From the NCBI GenBank assembly GCA_963835905.1, contig CAWIHG010000005.1, positions 1,396,018 to 1,460,017 on the forward strand: DNA of 64,000 nt, written 5' to 3'. This DNA is from an uncultured delta proteobacterium. GTDB taxonomy: Bacteria > Desulfobacterota > Binatia > Binatales > Binataceae. Below are positions 1-9,231 of this stretch, piece by piece. The stretch's first letter is position 1; the number at the start of each line of letters is the position of its first letter. The translations under genes and the position numbers were made by a program. The notes below the pieces were generated by a model that was not told the origin of the DNA, did not search any database, and saw only the letters and a list, made by a program, of their open reading frames with translations.

Positions 1-263
1 CCGAGGCGCTGCGCAGCAAGGGACGCAGCCTGCTGCCGTCGGGAATCCGCGAGGTGCGCGGAGAATTCGCGGGCGGCGATTGCGTAAGCCTGCTCGATCC
101 CGACGGCGTGGAGTTCGGACGCGGGCTGGTCAACTACCCCGCCGCCGATGTGCTAAAAGTGATGGGGCGGCGATCGGCCGAGATTTCCACGCTGCTCGGC
201 TACAAGGTCGCCGACGAGATCGTGCATCGCGACAACTTCGTATTGCTCAAGGAATCCGCATGA
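1..263 (+). CDS. proB: Glutamate 5-kinase, C-terminal PUA domain (5' end outside window; reading frame starts at nt 3)
   Basis: Translation EALRSKGRSLLPSGIREVRGEFAGGDCVSLLDPDGVEFGRGLVNYPAADVLKVMGR is PUA-domain-like. Stop TGA at 261-263 overlaps the proA start (ATGA), the classic proBA arrangement. Confidence 0.8.
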   Translation, partial: EALRSKGRSLLPSGIREVRGEFAGGDCVSLLDPDGVEFGRGLVNYPAADVLKVMGRRSAEISTLLGYKVADEIVHRDNFVLLKESA

Positions 264-1513
264 GTCTCGAGTCCGAAGTAATCGGGATGCTGGTGCGGGC
301 GCGCGAGGCGGCGCACACGATCGCGCTCGCCTCCAGCGATCGAAAGAATGATGTACTGAAGTCGCTGGCCGCGCGCCTGCGCGCGGCGCGCGCTGAGATT
401 ATCGCGGCAAATCGCAAGGACCTGGAATCCGCGCATGCCGACGGCCGCGCCGGCGCATTCCTGGAGCGCCTTAAGCTCGACGACGACCGTATCGAGGCGA
501 TGGCGCGCGGGGTCGAGGAAGTCGCGCTGCTGCCCGACCCGGTCGGCCGCGAGATCGAGCGATGGCGCCGGCCCAACGGACTGGAGATTTCGAAAATCCG
601 CGTTCCGATCGGCCTGATCGCGATTATCTACGAGTCGCGTCCCAACGTCACCGTCGATGCGGGCGTGCTGTGCCTCAAGTCGGGCAATGCGACCGTGCTC
701 CGCGGCGGACGCGAGGCGATCCGCGCCAACGCGTGCCTGGCGGGACTGATCGGGCGCGCGCTCGAAGACACCGGACTTTCCGCCGCCTGCGCCACGTTCA
801 TCGAAAATCCCGATCGCGAGACGATCCAGATCATGAAGCGGCATCCCGAGCTGATCGACCTGATCATCCCGCGCGGCGGCAATGCGCTGAAAGAAGCGCT
901 GGCTGAATCATCGGTGCCGCTGCTGCCGCATTTCGACGGTCGCTGCCATACCTACGTCGATCGCGCGGCGAATCTCAAGATGGCCGAGGAAATCTGCATG
1001 AACGCGAAGTGCAGCCGGCCCTCGGTGTGCAACGCGATGGAAACGATGCTGGTGCATTCGGCGGTCGCCGAGAGATTCCTGCCCGCGGTCGGTGCGCGGA
1101 TGAAAGCGGCGGGAGTGGAGATTCGCGGCGACGACCGCGTGCGCAAAATCCTGCGCGGCGCGCGTCCGGCCACCGAACAGGACTGGGACACCGAATACCT
1201 GGACCTGATCCTGTCGGTGAAAATCGTCGATTCGGTGGAAGAAGCGATCGCGTTTATCGAGCGCCACGGATCGCATCTCGCCGACGCTATCGTGACCGAG
1301 GATCGCATCGCCGCCGCACGCTTTGAACGCGAAGTCGATTCGGCTACGGTCTACGTCAACGCGTCGACGCGCTTCACCGACGGTTTCGAGTTCGGTTTCG
1401 GCGCGGAAACGGGAATCTCGACCAACCGCCTTCACGCCCGGGGACCGATGGGGTTGGCTGAGCTGACTACCTACAAGTACGTGATTCACGGCGGCGGCCA
1501 GGTCCGTGGCTGA
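260..1513 (+). CDS. proA: Gamma-glutamyl phosphate reductase
   Basis: Starts MSLESEVIGML. ALDH-fold ProA family throughout, e.g. IPRGGNALKEAL and VYVNASTRFTDGFEFGFGAETGIST. It sits inside listed ORF 80..1513, whose N-terminal extension is spurious. Confidence 0.9.
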   Translation: MSLESEVIGMLVRAREAAHTIALASSDRKNDVLKSLAARLRAARAEIIAANRKDLESAHADGRAGAFLERLKLDDDRIEAMARGVEEVALLPDPVGREIERWRRPNGLEISKIRVPIGLIAIIYESRPNVTVDAGVLCLKSGNATVLRGGREAIRANACLAGLIGRALEDTGLSAACATFIENPDRETIQIMKRHPELIDLIIPRGGNALKEALAESSVPLLPHFDGRCHTYVDRAANLKMAEEICMNAKCSRPSVCNAMETMLVHSAVAERFLPAVGARMKAAGVEIRGDDRVRKILRGARPATEQDWDTEYLDLILSVKIVDSVEEAIAFIERHGSHLADAIVTEDRIAAARFEREVDSATVYVNASTRFTDGFEFGFGAETGISTNRLHARGPMGLAELTTYKYVIHGGGQVRG

Positions 1514-1539
1514 CCCGGCGCCCAGGACGAATTCAAGCG

Positions 1540-2178
1540 ATGCGAGTGGGGTTGTTCGGGGGGAGCTTCAATCCGATCCACTTCGGCCACCTGCGCTCCG
1601 CCGAAGAGGATCGCGAGGCGCTCGCCCTCGACCTGATTTACTTCATCCCGGCCGCGTCGCCTCCGCACAAAGTCGAGGGCGAGCTTGCCCCCGCCGAGCA
1701 TCGGCTCCAGATGACGCGGCTGGGGGCCAAGGGAAACCGCCATTTCATGGTGTCGGACGTGGAGATCCGGCGCACCGGACGCTCCTACACGATCGAGACG
1801 GTGCGGTTTTTTCTACAAACCCTGCGCCAACCTTCGACCCTGTACCTGCTTATGGGCGCTGACCAGTTCGCCGAGCTGGATACCTGGCGGGAGTGTGACG
1901 CGCTGGTGAAGGAAGCCAACCTCGCGGTCCACTCGCGCGCGCCACAGGGGGAATCGGCGGCGGGAAAAGTCTCGCTTGCCGCGATCAAACGCTTTGGCTA
2001 CATTAGGGAAGACGATCACTACGTTAATCAGAGCGGCAAGACGCTTTCATTCGTCAACACCACGATCTTTCCGATTTCAGCCACGGCGATCCGCCAGAAG
2101 CTCCAGCACGGGCAGTCGATCAATTACCTGCTCCCGACTGACGTGCTCGATTACATCACCCGCCACTCACTGTATTGA
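1540..2178 (+). CDS. nadD: Nicotinate-nucleotide adenylyltransferase
   Basis: MRVGLFGGSFNPIHFGHL with the HxGH-type motif, 212 aa. The proA-nadD-rsfS order is conserved. Confidence 0.85.
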   Translation: MRVGLFGGSFNPIHFGHLRSAEEDREALALDLIYFIPAASPPHKVEGELAPAEHRLQMTRLGAKGNRHFMVSDVEIRRTGRSYTIETVRFFLQTLRQPSTLYLLMGADQFAELDTWRECDALVKEANLAVHSRAPQGESAAGKVSLAAIKRFGYIREDDHYVNQSGKTLSFVNTTIFPISATAIRQKLQHGQSINYLLPTDVLDYITRHSLY

Positions 2179-2597
2179 TCACCAAGGAGAGACCGGATAA
2201 CCGGCGCGTGGATTCCCTCACCAAGGCGCTCGCCGCCGCACAAGCGGCGCTGGAAAAGAAGGCCTACGACCTGGTCGTGATGCAGTCCGAGCACCTGAGC
2301 TCGATTGCCGACTACTTCATCCTGGCCACCGGGCGCTCCGACGTGCAGGTGCAGGCGATTGCCCGCGGTATCGAGGAGCGGATGGCCAAGGACAAGGTCC
2401 GCCCGCTTGCGGTCGAGGGCTTTGAGCATGCGCACTGGATAGTGCTCGATTACGACGACGTGGTGATCCACATCTTCTATGAGCCGGCGCGCGAGTTCTA
2501 CCGGCTGGAGCGCACCTGGGGCGACGCCGAACAGGTAACGCTGCCGGAGCCGATTCGTTCGCAGGCCGAAGGCCTGCGCCTGCGCGCGCTCGCCTGA
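2175..2597 (+). CDS. rsfS: Ribosome silencing factor RsfS (Iojap)
   Basis: 140 aa with the DYFILATGRSDVQVQAIARGIEE Iojap-family signature. ATGA overlap with nadD. Confidence 0.85.
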   Translation: MITKERPDNRRVDSLTKALAAAQAALEKKAYDLVVMQSEHLSSIADYFILATGRSDVQVQAIARGIEERMAKDKVRPLAVEGFEHAHWIVLDYDDVVIHIFYEPAREFYRLERTWGDAEQVTLPEPIRSQAEGLRLRALA

Positions 2598-2663
2598 GCG
2601 CGGACGCCCGCTGGGTCCGCCAGCCCTGACTTTTCCCTTCGACACCTCGCAGGAGCAAATTCC

Positions 2664-2706
2664 GTCATCCTGAGCGTAGCGAGTCTGCGAGCGGAGTCGA
2701 AGGATC
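2664..2706. repeat. Short repeat-like element gtcatcctgagcg...cgaaggatc (reads VILS..KDL)
   Basis: Resembles a short interspersed repeat family that produces spurious small ORFs in many high-GC genomes. Only one copy is seen in this window, so this rests on recollection. Confidence 0.25.
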
Positions 2707-2831
2707 TCGCGCGGCAATTCTCCGCCGCGCCAAGTGCCGGCGCCGGATGCGCTGCGCATCTGGTGAGATCCTTCGCCTCACGGGCTCGGTTCAGGATGAC
2801 CTCAGTTTAGGCGAGGAATCGGGGAGCGTCG

Positions 2832-3071
2832 CTACACGGCGCGGCGGAACAGATGCGTAACGCCGACCAGCGCGAGCGCTCCGACCGTCGCCATGGCGAG
2901 ATACCCGGTCCTTCCTAACGCGACGATTCCCAGCGCGGAGAAAATCCACCGGCCGATCACGGCGCCGATAAGTCCCAGCAGGATGTCGACGAAAATCCCG
3001 TAGCCGCTCCCGCGCATGAGCATCCCGGCCAGCCATCCCGCGACCAGGCCGATTATCAGCGTGCCGATCAT
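2832..3071 (-). CDS. GlsB/YeaQ/YmgE family stress-response membrane protein
   Basis: 79 aa, two TM helices, MIGTLIIGLVAGWLAGMLMRGSGYGIFVDILLGLIGAVIGRWIF is typical of this transglycosylase-associated family. Confidence 0.75.
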   Translation of the reverse strand: MIGTLIIGLVAGWLAGMLMRGSGYGIFVDILLGLIGAVIGRWIFSALGIVALGRTGYLAMATVGALALVGVTHLFRRAV

Positions 3072-3101
3072 CGGGCGCTTCTCACGCTCGAGGCGCGCGG
3101 G

Positions 3102-3221
3102 CTACTTTTTCTGCTCCATCGGAGCGCCGCAGCACTTGAGCGAGCCGCTGCCGCCCTTGGTGACGATCACCTGGGATCCGCATTTTCCGCAGATATAAAC
3201 CTTACCAAGCTGATTGGCCAT
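3102..3221 (-). CDS. Desulforedoxin-like small Fe(Cys)4 protein (39 aa, not in the ORF track)
   Basis: Reverse-strand translation MANQLGKVYICGKCGSQVIVTKGGSGSLKCCGAPMEQKK aligns residue-by-residue with Desulfovibrio gigas desulforedoxin ([36 protein letters not shown]), including the CxxC...CC motif. Confidence 0.7.
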   Translation of the reverse strand: MANQLGKVYICGKCGSQVIVTKGGSGSLKCCGAPMEQKK

Positions 3222-3254
3222 TTCCCGGTCCTGTTCCTCTCAAGTTCAATTGCG

Positions 3255-3935
3255 CTACGCGCCGCGAAACAGCGGCTTGCGCTTGTCCAGAAACGCGCGC
3301 ACGCCCTCGGCGCGATCGGCAGTCGTTTGTAGCAGGGCGTACAGATCTTCCTCAAGCCTGATGCCCTGGTCCAGAGCCATGTCGTAGCCCTTGAGCACGG
3401 CGTCCTTGACCAGCCGGGCCGCCAGCGGCCCGCGCGACAGGATCGCCTCTGAGACCTCGGCGCCGCGGCTGGCAAGCTCGCGCGCATCGCGTGCCAGGTA
3501 GGTCACCAGCCCGATTCGCATCGCCTCGGCGCCGTCGATTGCGCCGCCGCCCAGCAGCATCCGCATCGCATGGCCGATCCCGACCAGGCGCGGGAGCCGC
3601 TGGGTTGCGCCAAACCGCGGCATCGCGCCGCGCCGCAATCGGGTGAACGCAAAGCGCGCGCGCGCGGATGCGATCCTGATATCCGCGGCCATCGCCAGCT
3701 CCAATCCCTCATCGATCGCGTCGCCGTTGACGATCGCGAGCGTCGGCTTGGAGACGACAGCCAGTGTCTCGACCACGCGCGGATCGACGTCGGCGCTGAA
3801 GCCGCGGCAGAAGTCCGCGCCGGTGCCGGTAATCGCGAGCATCCGGATTTCGTCGTCGTCCTCGACGCGCTCGCACAGCTCGATCAATTCTACCACGGCG
3901 TGCGCGTCGAGCGGTCCGCCGCGCCCCGCCGGCAC
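3255..3935 (-). CDS. Enoyl-CoA hydratase/isomerase (crotonase) family protein, N-terminus unresolved
   Basis: Crotonase motifs ITGTGADFCRGFS and TLAIVNGDAIDEGLELAMAADIRIA. The only start found is GTG at 3935, which omits the first beta-strand. Homology continues upstream to the TGA at 4032-4034. Confidence 0.7.
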   Translation of the reverse strand: MPAGRGGPLDAHAVVELIELCERVEDDDEIRMLAITGTGADFCRGFSADVDPRVVETLAVVSKPTLAIVNGDAIDEGLELAMAADIRIASARARFAFTRLRRGAMPRFGATQRLPRLVGIGHAMRMLLGGGAIDGAEAMRIGLVTYLARDARELASRGAEVSEAILSRGPLAARLVKDAVLKGYDMALDQGIRLEEDLYALLQTTADRAEGVRAFLDKRKPLFRGA

Positions 3936-4031
3936 CAGCCTCGCGGTGAGGCATCCGGCCGCCTGCGTCAGTTCGAGCGCGCCACGGGCGGCCGGCCGGG
4001 TCGAGGCGGATTTGCGCGGGCGCGGCGTCGC

Positions 4032-5576
4032 TCAAGCTCCCGAGGATGCCCGCAGGTCCTTGCGCAGGATCTTGCCGAGCGGATTTTTGGGCAGAGCGTC
4101 GATAAACTCGATTTTCTCGGGGCGCTTGAAGCTCGCCAGGCGCGAGCGGCAGAAATCCGCCAAGTCGGCCTCGCTGACATTGGTACCCGCGCGCCTGACG
4201 ACGAACGCCTTGACCGTCTGCCCCCATTCCTCGGAGGGAATTCCGATCACCGCGGTCTCATCGACCTCCGGATGGCTCATCAGTACGGTTTCGATTTCGG
4301 CGGGCGCGATATTCTCGCCGCCGCGGATGATCATGTCGTCCTTGCGCCCGGCGAAGAATACGTAGCCTTCGTGATCGACCCAGCCGAGGTCGCCCGTCGC
4401 GCGCCATCCGTCGGGCAGCGCGGAGTCGTCGGTGCGGCCGGCGTAGCCCTTCATGATACGCGGGGTGCGGATGATAATCTCGCCGACCTGGCCGTCGGGG
4501 AGGAGATTGCCGTCGTCGTCGCGCACTTTTATTTCCACGTCGGGCAGCGGCTTGCCGATCGAGTTGAGCCGCTTGAGCTTGAGCTCGACTTCCTCGGTGG
4601 TGCCCTCGATACGATGGTCGTCGGGGCCGAGGATCGTCAGCGAGGAAGTGGTCTCGGTCTGCCCGTAGGCGTTCACGAAGCCCACGGTTTTGGGAAACAT
4701 CTCGATCGCGCGGCGGATGACCTGGATCGGCATCGGCGCGCCGCCGTACGCGAGGTTGGTCAGGCTGGAGAGGTCGGCGCTGGCGAAGTCGGGCTCGTCG
4801 ATAACCTGCTTCATCATCGTGGGCACGACGAAGGCATGGGTGATGCGCTCGGACTGGACCAGTTGGAGCCACTGTTTGGCGTCGAACTGCGGCATCACGA
4901 TTACGCGCCGCCCGGTCCAGATGTTGGTCATGTACGCGGTGGTTCCCGCGATATGGTAAAACGGCACGCAGACCAGCGCGGCGCCGCGATCGGTGCCGTC
5001 GGCCATCTCCACGTTCGCCGTCACATAGGCGGTGAAATCGCGGAACGAGAGCATGACGCCCTTGGGCAGCGAGGTCGTGCCGCTGGTGTACATCAGGATC
5101 GAAGTGTCCTCGTCCTCCACCTCGGCCTCGGTTTCATCGGGTTCGACGCGGTTGGCAAGGCCCAGCAGCCGCTGCGTTCCCGACTGACCGTCGCCCAACG
5201 CGACGATTTTGCTGGGTTTGAGCTTGGCGCGGATTCGGCCGACCAGGTCCAGGTAGCGATCGCCGACCAGCAGGACCTTGGCGTCGGCGGTATTGATCAT
5301 GTACTCGAGCTCGGCTTCCTTGGCGCGATAGTTGAGCGGCAGAAAAGTGAGTCCGGCCTTGGCCGCCGCGTAGTAGCTCGCGATGTATAAATCGGAGTTG
5401 GTGTCGAGCACCGCGAGGACGTCGCGATGGCGCAGGCCAAGCTGCTTGAAGACGGCGCAGAAGCGGGAAACCTGATCGGCAAACTGCGCGTATGTCAGGC
5501 GCCTGCCACCGAACACCAGAATTTCCTGGTCGGGCACGATCGAAGACGGGATCGTGACGAAATTGACGGTATTCAC
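4032..5576 (-). CDS. Acyl-CoA synthetase / AMP-dependent ligase (FadD-like)
   Basis: 514 aa. AMP-binding motif YTSGTTSLPKGVML, and the C-terminal GKILRKDLR found in ANL-superfamily enzymes. Confidence 0.85.
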   Translation of the reverse strand: MNTVNFVTIPSSIVPDQEILVFGGRRLTYAQFADQVSRFCAVFKQLGLRHRDVLAVLDTNSDLYIASYYAAAKAGLTFLPLNYRAKEAELEYMINTADAKVLLVGDRYLDLVGRIRAKLKPSKIVALGDGQSGTQRLLGLANRVEPDETEAEVEDEDTSILMYTSGTTSLPKGVMLSFRDFTAYVTANVEMADGTDRGAALVCVPFYHIAGTTAYMTNIWTGRRVIVMPQFDAKQWLQLVQSERITHAFVVPTMMKQVIDEPDFASADLSSLTNLAYGGAPMPIQVIRRAIEMFPKTVGFVNAYGQTETTSSLTILGPDDHRIEGTTEEVELKLKRLNSIGKPLPDVEIKVRDDDGNLLPDGQVGEIIIRTPRIMKGYAGRTDDSALPDGWRATGDLGWVDHEGYVFFAGRKDDMIIRGGENIAPAEIETVLMSHPEVDETAVIGIPSEEWGQTVKAFVVRRAGTNVSEADLADFCRSRLASFKRPEKIEFIDALPKNPLGKILRKDLRASSGA

Positions 5577-5585
5577 GGACCGCGT

Positions 5586-6392
5586 TTACCTCCTGGATGC
5601 TGCCGCGCGATGGCGGACGCGGCGTCCGGCGCCCGTGGCGCGGACCGTTTTCGGACCGCCGCAAAGGAGCGCAAAACGCCGCGCAAGTCTCCGTTCGAGA
5701 CCGAGCCCCTCCGCCAGCGGCAGGTCCACTCCACCCCACACCGCGAGCTTGACCAGAGCGGACTGCTCGCGCGGGAGGCGGCCGAGCTCGCGCGCGATCT
5801 CCAGCGCGCGCCGCTCGAGGCCGGCCCGCGGGACGACTTCGGCGACCAAACCTACAAGTAACGCGTCGTGCGCGTCAATCCAACGTCCGGTGATGCACAA
5901 ATCCAGCGCTCGGCCCAGGCCGAGCCGGCGCGAGGCGGTCTGGGTGCCGGCCACTCCGGGGATCATACCGGTCCCGGTCTCGGGAAGGCTGAGCCGGGTA
6001 TCGTCGGCGGCAATCGCGACGTCGCACAGCAGCGCCATCTCGAGTCCCCCGCCGACTGTAAAGCCGTGAATCGCAGCGACCGTGGGAATCGGCAGCGCCT
6101 TTAGCCGGCCCCACACATCGCGCCGGAACCGGACCCATCGCGCGACTATCGGAGAGGGCGCCGAGCCGAATTCGTGCAGATCGCCCCCGGTAGAGAACGC
6201 CTTGCCCGCGCCGCAGAGGACCATCGCGCGAACCTCGGGGTCCTCATGAACCGCGCTCAGGATCGCGAATAGATCGTCGCGCATCGCGACGTTGTAGGCA
6301 TTTAGCTGGTCGGGTCGGTTGAGCGTCACCCAGGCGACCGCCCCGCGTTTGCGGTAGATGACCGCGCCGTCAGCGTTGGCCGAGGTTGTCAT
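5586..6392 (-). CDS. Enoyl-CoA hydratase
   Basis: True start is MTTSANADGAVIYRKRGAVAWVTLNRPDQLNAYN, inside listed ORF 5586..6929. Crotonase fold. ATGA overlap with the upstream amidohydrolase stop. Confidence 0.8.
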   Translation of the reverse strand: MTTSANADGAVIYRKRGAVAWVTLNRPDQLNAYNVAMRDDLFAILSAVHEDPEVRAMVLCGAGKAFSTGGDLHEFGSAPSPIVARWVRFRRDVWGRLKALPIPTVAAIHGFTVGGGLEMALLCDVAIAADDTRLSLPETGTGMIPGVAGTQTASRRLGLGRALDLCITGRWIDAHDALLVGLVAEVVPRAGLERRALEIARELGRLPREQSALVKLAVWGGVDLPLAEGLGLERRLARRFALLCGGPKTVRATGAGRRVRHRAAASRR

Positions 6393-7945
6393 GCGGAATG
6401 CAGGTCGGCGCTGTCGCTCCACGCGATCGCGGGGCGTCCGCGCTCGTACACGACCTTGCCGTCGATAATCGTGATATCCACGGCCAGCGCGGCAAGCTCG
6501 GCCGGCTCCAGCCCGGACAGATCGCGCGGGAGCACGACCAGGTCCGCGAGCATCTCGGGTTCGATCGCGCCGGCCTCGATCCGCGCCAGCCGCGCGCCAT
6601 CGCGCGTGAACATCGCGAGCGCATCGGCGGGCGCAAGCTGCTCGTCGGGCGCGAGCGTGTCGCCGTCGATCGTCTCGCGCGAGATGGCGGCCGCGATCGC
6701 GGCGAGCGGGCGCGCCGGCGTGACCGGCGCATCGGTCGCTCCGGCCAGCTCGATTCCCGCCGCGCGCAGGCTGCGCGCGCGATACAGGTAGGGCAGCAGG
6801 CCGGGCTCGCGCGCGTACTTGGGACCCCGAAAATGTACGAAGCCCGGATTGGTCACCACCCACGCGCCCATCGCCGCCAGTCGCTCGAGGTGCTCGGGCG
6901 TGATGACGCCGCCGTGCTCGATTCTGCACACCGCCGGCGTGCCGCGCTCGCCAATCTGGCGCATCGCGAGTTCGATCGCGCCCAGCGCTTCATCGAGTTC
7001 CTCGACCTCGGTTGCGTGGAACGCGCAATCAAGCCCGCTGGAGAGCCCGATTCGCACCCGCCGCGCCAGCGTCGAGTCCCCCGCCGCGGCGCCGGGCATG
7101 AACTTGAGGCCCGCCAGCCGCACGCGGTCGCCCGCGAATTTGGCGGCGGCGCCCGCGGCGTCGAGGTGATGCGCGCCGATCATGACGCCGACCCGCTGGC
7201 AAATCGATCTGGCAGCCGATAGCCGCGCGAACAGCTCCACCTCCTCGGCGCCGTTGCGCACGGTCGCATCGGTGAAGGCGGTGACGCCCGCGGCGGCAAG
7301 CTCGCGGCTCATGATTCGCGCGCGCGATTCCGTCTCGGCCTTGGTGACGAGTGGAAGCCTGGCGGTGATCTCCTGCTCCATTGCGGCGACCAGCCCGCTG
7401 AGTTTGCCCGCGCCGTCGTGCTCGACGGTCGCGCCGGCGGGCGGGCGGAAGCCGGGTTCTTCAAACCCGCACAGTTTGATCGCGCGCGAGTTCAGCCACG
7501 AGGCGTGGAGCGTCTGATGGCGCAGGCGCAGCGGGTTCTTCGGGACCGCCTGGTCGAGTTCCTCGCGGGTCGGCCCGCGCCCCTCGGCCAGCAGCGCCTC
7601 GTCGCATCCGAACGCGCGCAGCCAGTTGCCGGGCGGGGTCTTGCCGGCGGCCAGACGGAGGTCGGCCAGCAGATCCGCTAGCGAGCGGCATCGCGAGACG
7701 TTCAGCCCGGTGGCCGCGGCGGCGCTTTCAAAAAAATGGAGATGCGAATCGATAAATCCCGGCGCGACGGTGCGGCCAGAGAGTTTGACCAGATGGGTCC
7801 GCGGTCCGACCAGCGCCTTGAGCTCGGTGAACGGGCCGTGCGCGATAATCCTGCCGCCGGTTATCGCGACCGAATCGCTTCCGGGATGACCGTGAACGGC
7901 TCCCTCGTGGAGAACGAGGTCGGCCTTGGCGGACGGGTTTGCCAC
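6389..7945 (-). CDS. Amidohydrolase-family metal-dependent hydrolase
   Basis: Motifs GFIDSHLHF and HATEVEE are typical of the amidohydrolase superfamily. Start assigned to GTG at 7945 (VANPSAKADLVLHEGAV); the longer listed ORF extension looks spurious. Confidence 0.7.
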   Translation of the reverse strand: MANPSAKADLVLHEGAVHGHPGSDSVAITGGRIIAHGPFTELKALVGPRTHLVKLSGRTVAPGFIDSHLHFFESAAAATGLNVSRCRSLADLLADLRLAAGKTPPGNWLRAFGCDEALLAEGRGPTREELDQAVPKNPLRLRHQTLHASWLNSRAIKLCGFEEPGFRPPAGATVEHDGAGKLSGLVAAMEQEITARLPLVTKAETESRARIMSRELAAAGVTAFTDATVRNGAEEVELFARLSAARSICQRVGVMIGAHHLDAAGAAAKFAGDRVRLAGLKFMPGAAAGDSTLARRVRIGLSSGLDCAFHATEVEELDEALGAIELAMRQIGERGTPAVCRIEHGGVITPEHLERLAAMGAWVVTNPGFVHFRGPKYAREPGLLPYLYRARSLRAAGIELAGATDAPVTPARPLAAIAAAISRETIDGDTLAPDEQLAPADALAMFTRDGARLARIEAGAIEPEMLADLVVLPRDLSGLEPAELAALAVDITIIDGKVVYERGRPAIAWSDSADLHSA

Positions 7946-7998
7946 TATTTGGAACCGGTGCCGCGCGCCGCCGAACTCAGCTGGCGCGCGCTCACGGG

Positions 7999-8142
7999 TC
8001 AGTCGGAGGACGGCAGCGGCTTGGCCTCCTTGATCTTCATCTCGCCTTCGCAGCACTCGATCGAGCCGGTACCGGCCTTGTTGCACAGCACCTCGGTGCC
8101 GCACTTTTCGCATTGATAGCGTTTGCCCAGAGTGTTTGCCAT
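7999..8142 (-). CDS. Desulforedoxin-like small Fe(Cys)4 protein, second copy (47 aa, not in the ORF track)
   Basis: Translation MANTLGKRYQCEKCGTEVLCNKAGTGSIECCEGEMKIKEAKPLPSSD has the same CxxC...CC pattern as the 3102..3221 gene. Confidence 0.65.
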   Translation of the reverse strand: MANTLGKRYQCEKCGTEVLCNKAGTGSIECCEGEMKIKEAKPLPSSD

Positions 8143-8217
8143 TTTGATTTCTCCCCTGTCATGGTCCGCACGGACGGCTTTCGCCGCCGGAGCGGAAATA
8201 ATATATCGCTCAAAACC

Positions 8218-9231
8218 CTACTTGAAGGGTAGCTCTTCCACCCACGCGTCGATCGCGCCCGCCGGGTCCGCGATCGTGACGCGGGTGCCCGCCGCCCATG
8301 CGCTATGATGAACAGTCGCAAGCGCGATTCCACCCATCCGCGGCGAATTCGCGATACTGGTCGCGCGGCCGACTTCCTTGTCCGCCAGCATCACCGCGGC
8401 TGCGCGCGCCGGCATCCGCGCCGCATCGAACCTGAGACCCATCAGGTGGCGCTTGAGCGCACCGCGCGCGGTTGCGCGCTCGATCGTCTCCTGCCCGACA
8501 TAGCATCCCTTGCTGAACGAAATTGCGCGCTCCATGCGCGCCTCCAGCGCGATTGTCTTGTCGCCGGTATCGACGCCCACCAACGCGAGCCCGCGCTCGA
8601 TTCGAATGGCGTCGAGCGCCGCGGCGCCGACCCGGCGGAACGCCGGGTCGGAGGCGAGAATCCGGCCAATGGCGGATTCAAGTTCTCCGCGCGTACCGAT
8701 CATCGAAAATGCGGGCCCGCCGAGCCGCGGAAGATTCGCAACCATCAGCGAGCCCGCGCGGACGAACCGCCACTGGGCGATGGTGGCGGGCGCGTCGCCC
8801 ATTGCGGCAGTAATCGCGTCCGCCGCGCGCGGCCCTTCAATATCCACGACCGCGAGATCGGAATCGGTCTCGAACTCGACGTCATCAGCGACCAGCAGGC
8901 GTTCCAGATGCTCGCGCGCGCGCCGCCACAGGGTCGTATCGGCGTCGATCAGTACCGCATCGGGCGCAACCCACATGAAGCAGTCCGCGATCACGTGCGC
9001 ATGCTCGGTCAGGAACATCGCGGGCACCACCGCGCCTGGCGCGGCGCCCTTGACGTCGTTGCTGCACATCCCGTGGAGAAACGACACCCGGTCCTCGCCT
9101 ACGACGCGGACGACGCACCGGCCGGGAAGCTCGAGCACGCCGGCCGCATCGGTAATGGCGGCGTAATCGGCGCCAAAATTCGGCGAGCCTGCGGCCGCAG
9201 CCGAAGCATCAATCTGTTGAGAATCTTCCAT
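8218..9231 (-). CDS. Folate-binding protein YgfZ / aminomethyltransferase-fold (GcvT-like)
   Basis: GcvT/YgfZ-type signature. Start taken at MEDSQQ (9231); an alternative ATG lies at 9267. Confidence 0.65.
   Translation of the reverse strand: MEDSQQIDASAAAAGSPNFGADYAAITDAAGVLELPGRCVVRVVGEDRVSFLHGMCSNDVKGAAPGAVVPAMFLTEHAHVIADCFMWVAPDAVLIDADTTLWRRAREHLERLLVADDVEFETDSDLAVVDIEGPRAADAITAAMGDAPATIAQWRFVRAGSLMVANLPRLGGPAFSMIGTRGELESAIGRILASDPAFRRVGAAALDAIRIERGLALVGVDTGDKTIALEARMERAISFSKGCYVGQETIERATARGALKRHLMGLRFDAARMPARAAAVMLADKEVGRATSIANSPRMGGIALATVHHSAWAAGTRVTIADPAGAIDAWVEELPFK

Noticed and set aside
200-844. Long antisense or alternate-frame ORFs throughout: 200..844(-), 3570..5390(+), 5586..6929 N-terminal extension, 8305..9393(+), 11098..11613(-), 13110..13718(+), 21344..22192(-), 22038..23198(+), 31633..32571(-), 41544..42347(-), 55263..56231(-), 61321..61953(-) and others
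   Set aside because: They overlap well-supported genes on the other strand or frame. They have Arg/Ala/Pro/Gly-dominated composition and no motifs. These are the shadow ORFs expected in ~68% GC DNA.
4032-4034. TGA between acyl-CoA synthetase and crotonase as a selenocysteine codon
   Set aside because: No evidence of a SECIS-like hairpin immediately downstream, and no selenoprotein family is expected here. Kept only as a readthrough or alternative-start curiosity.
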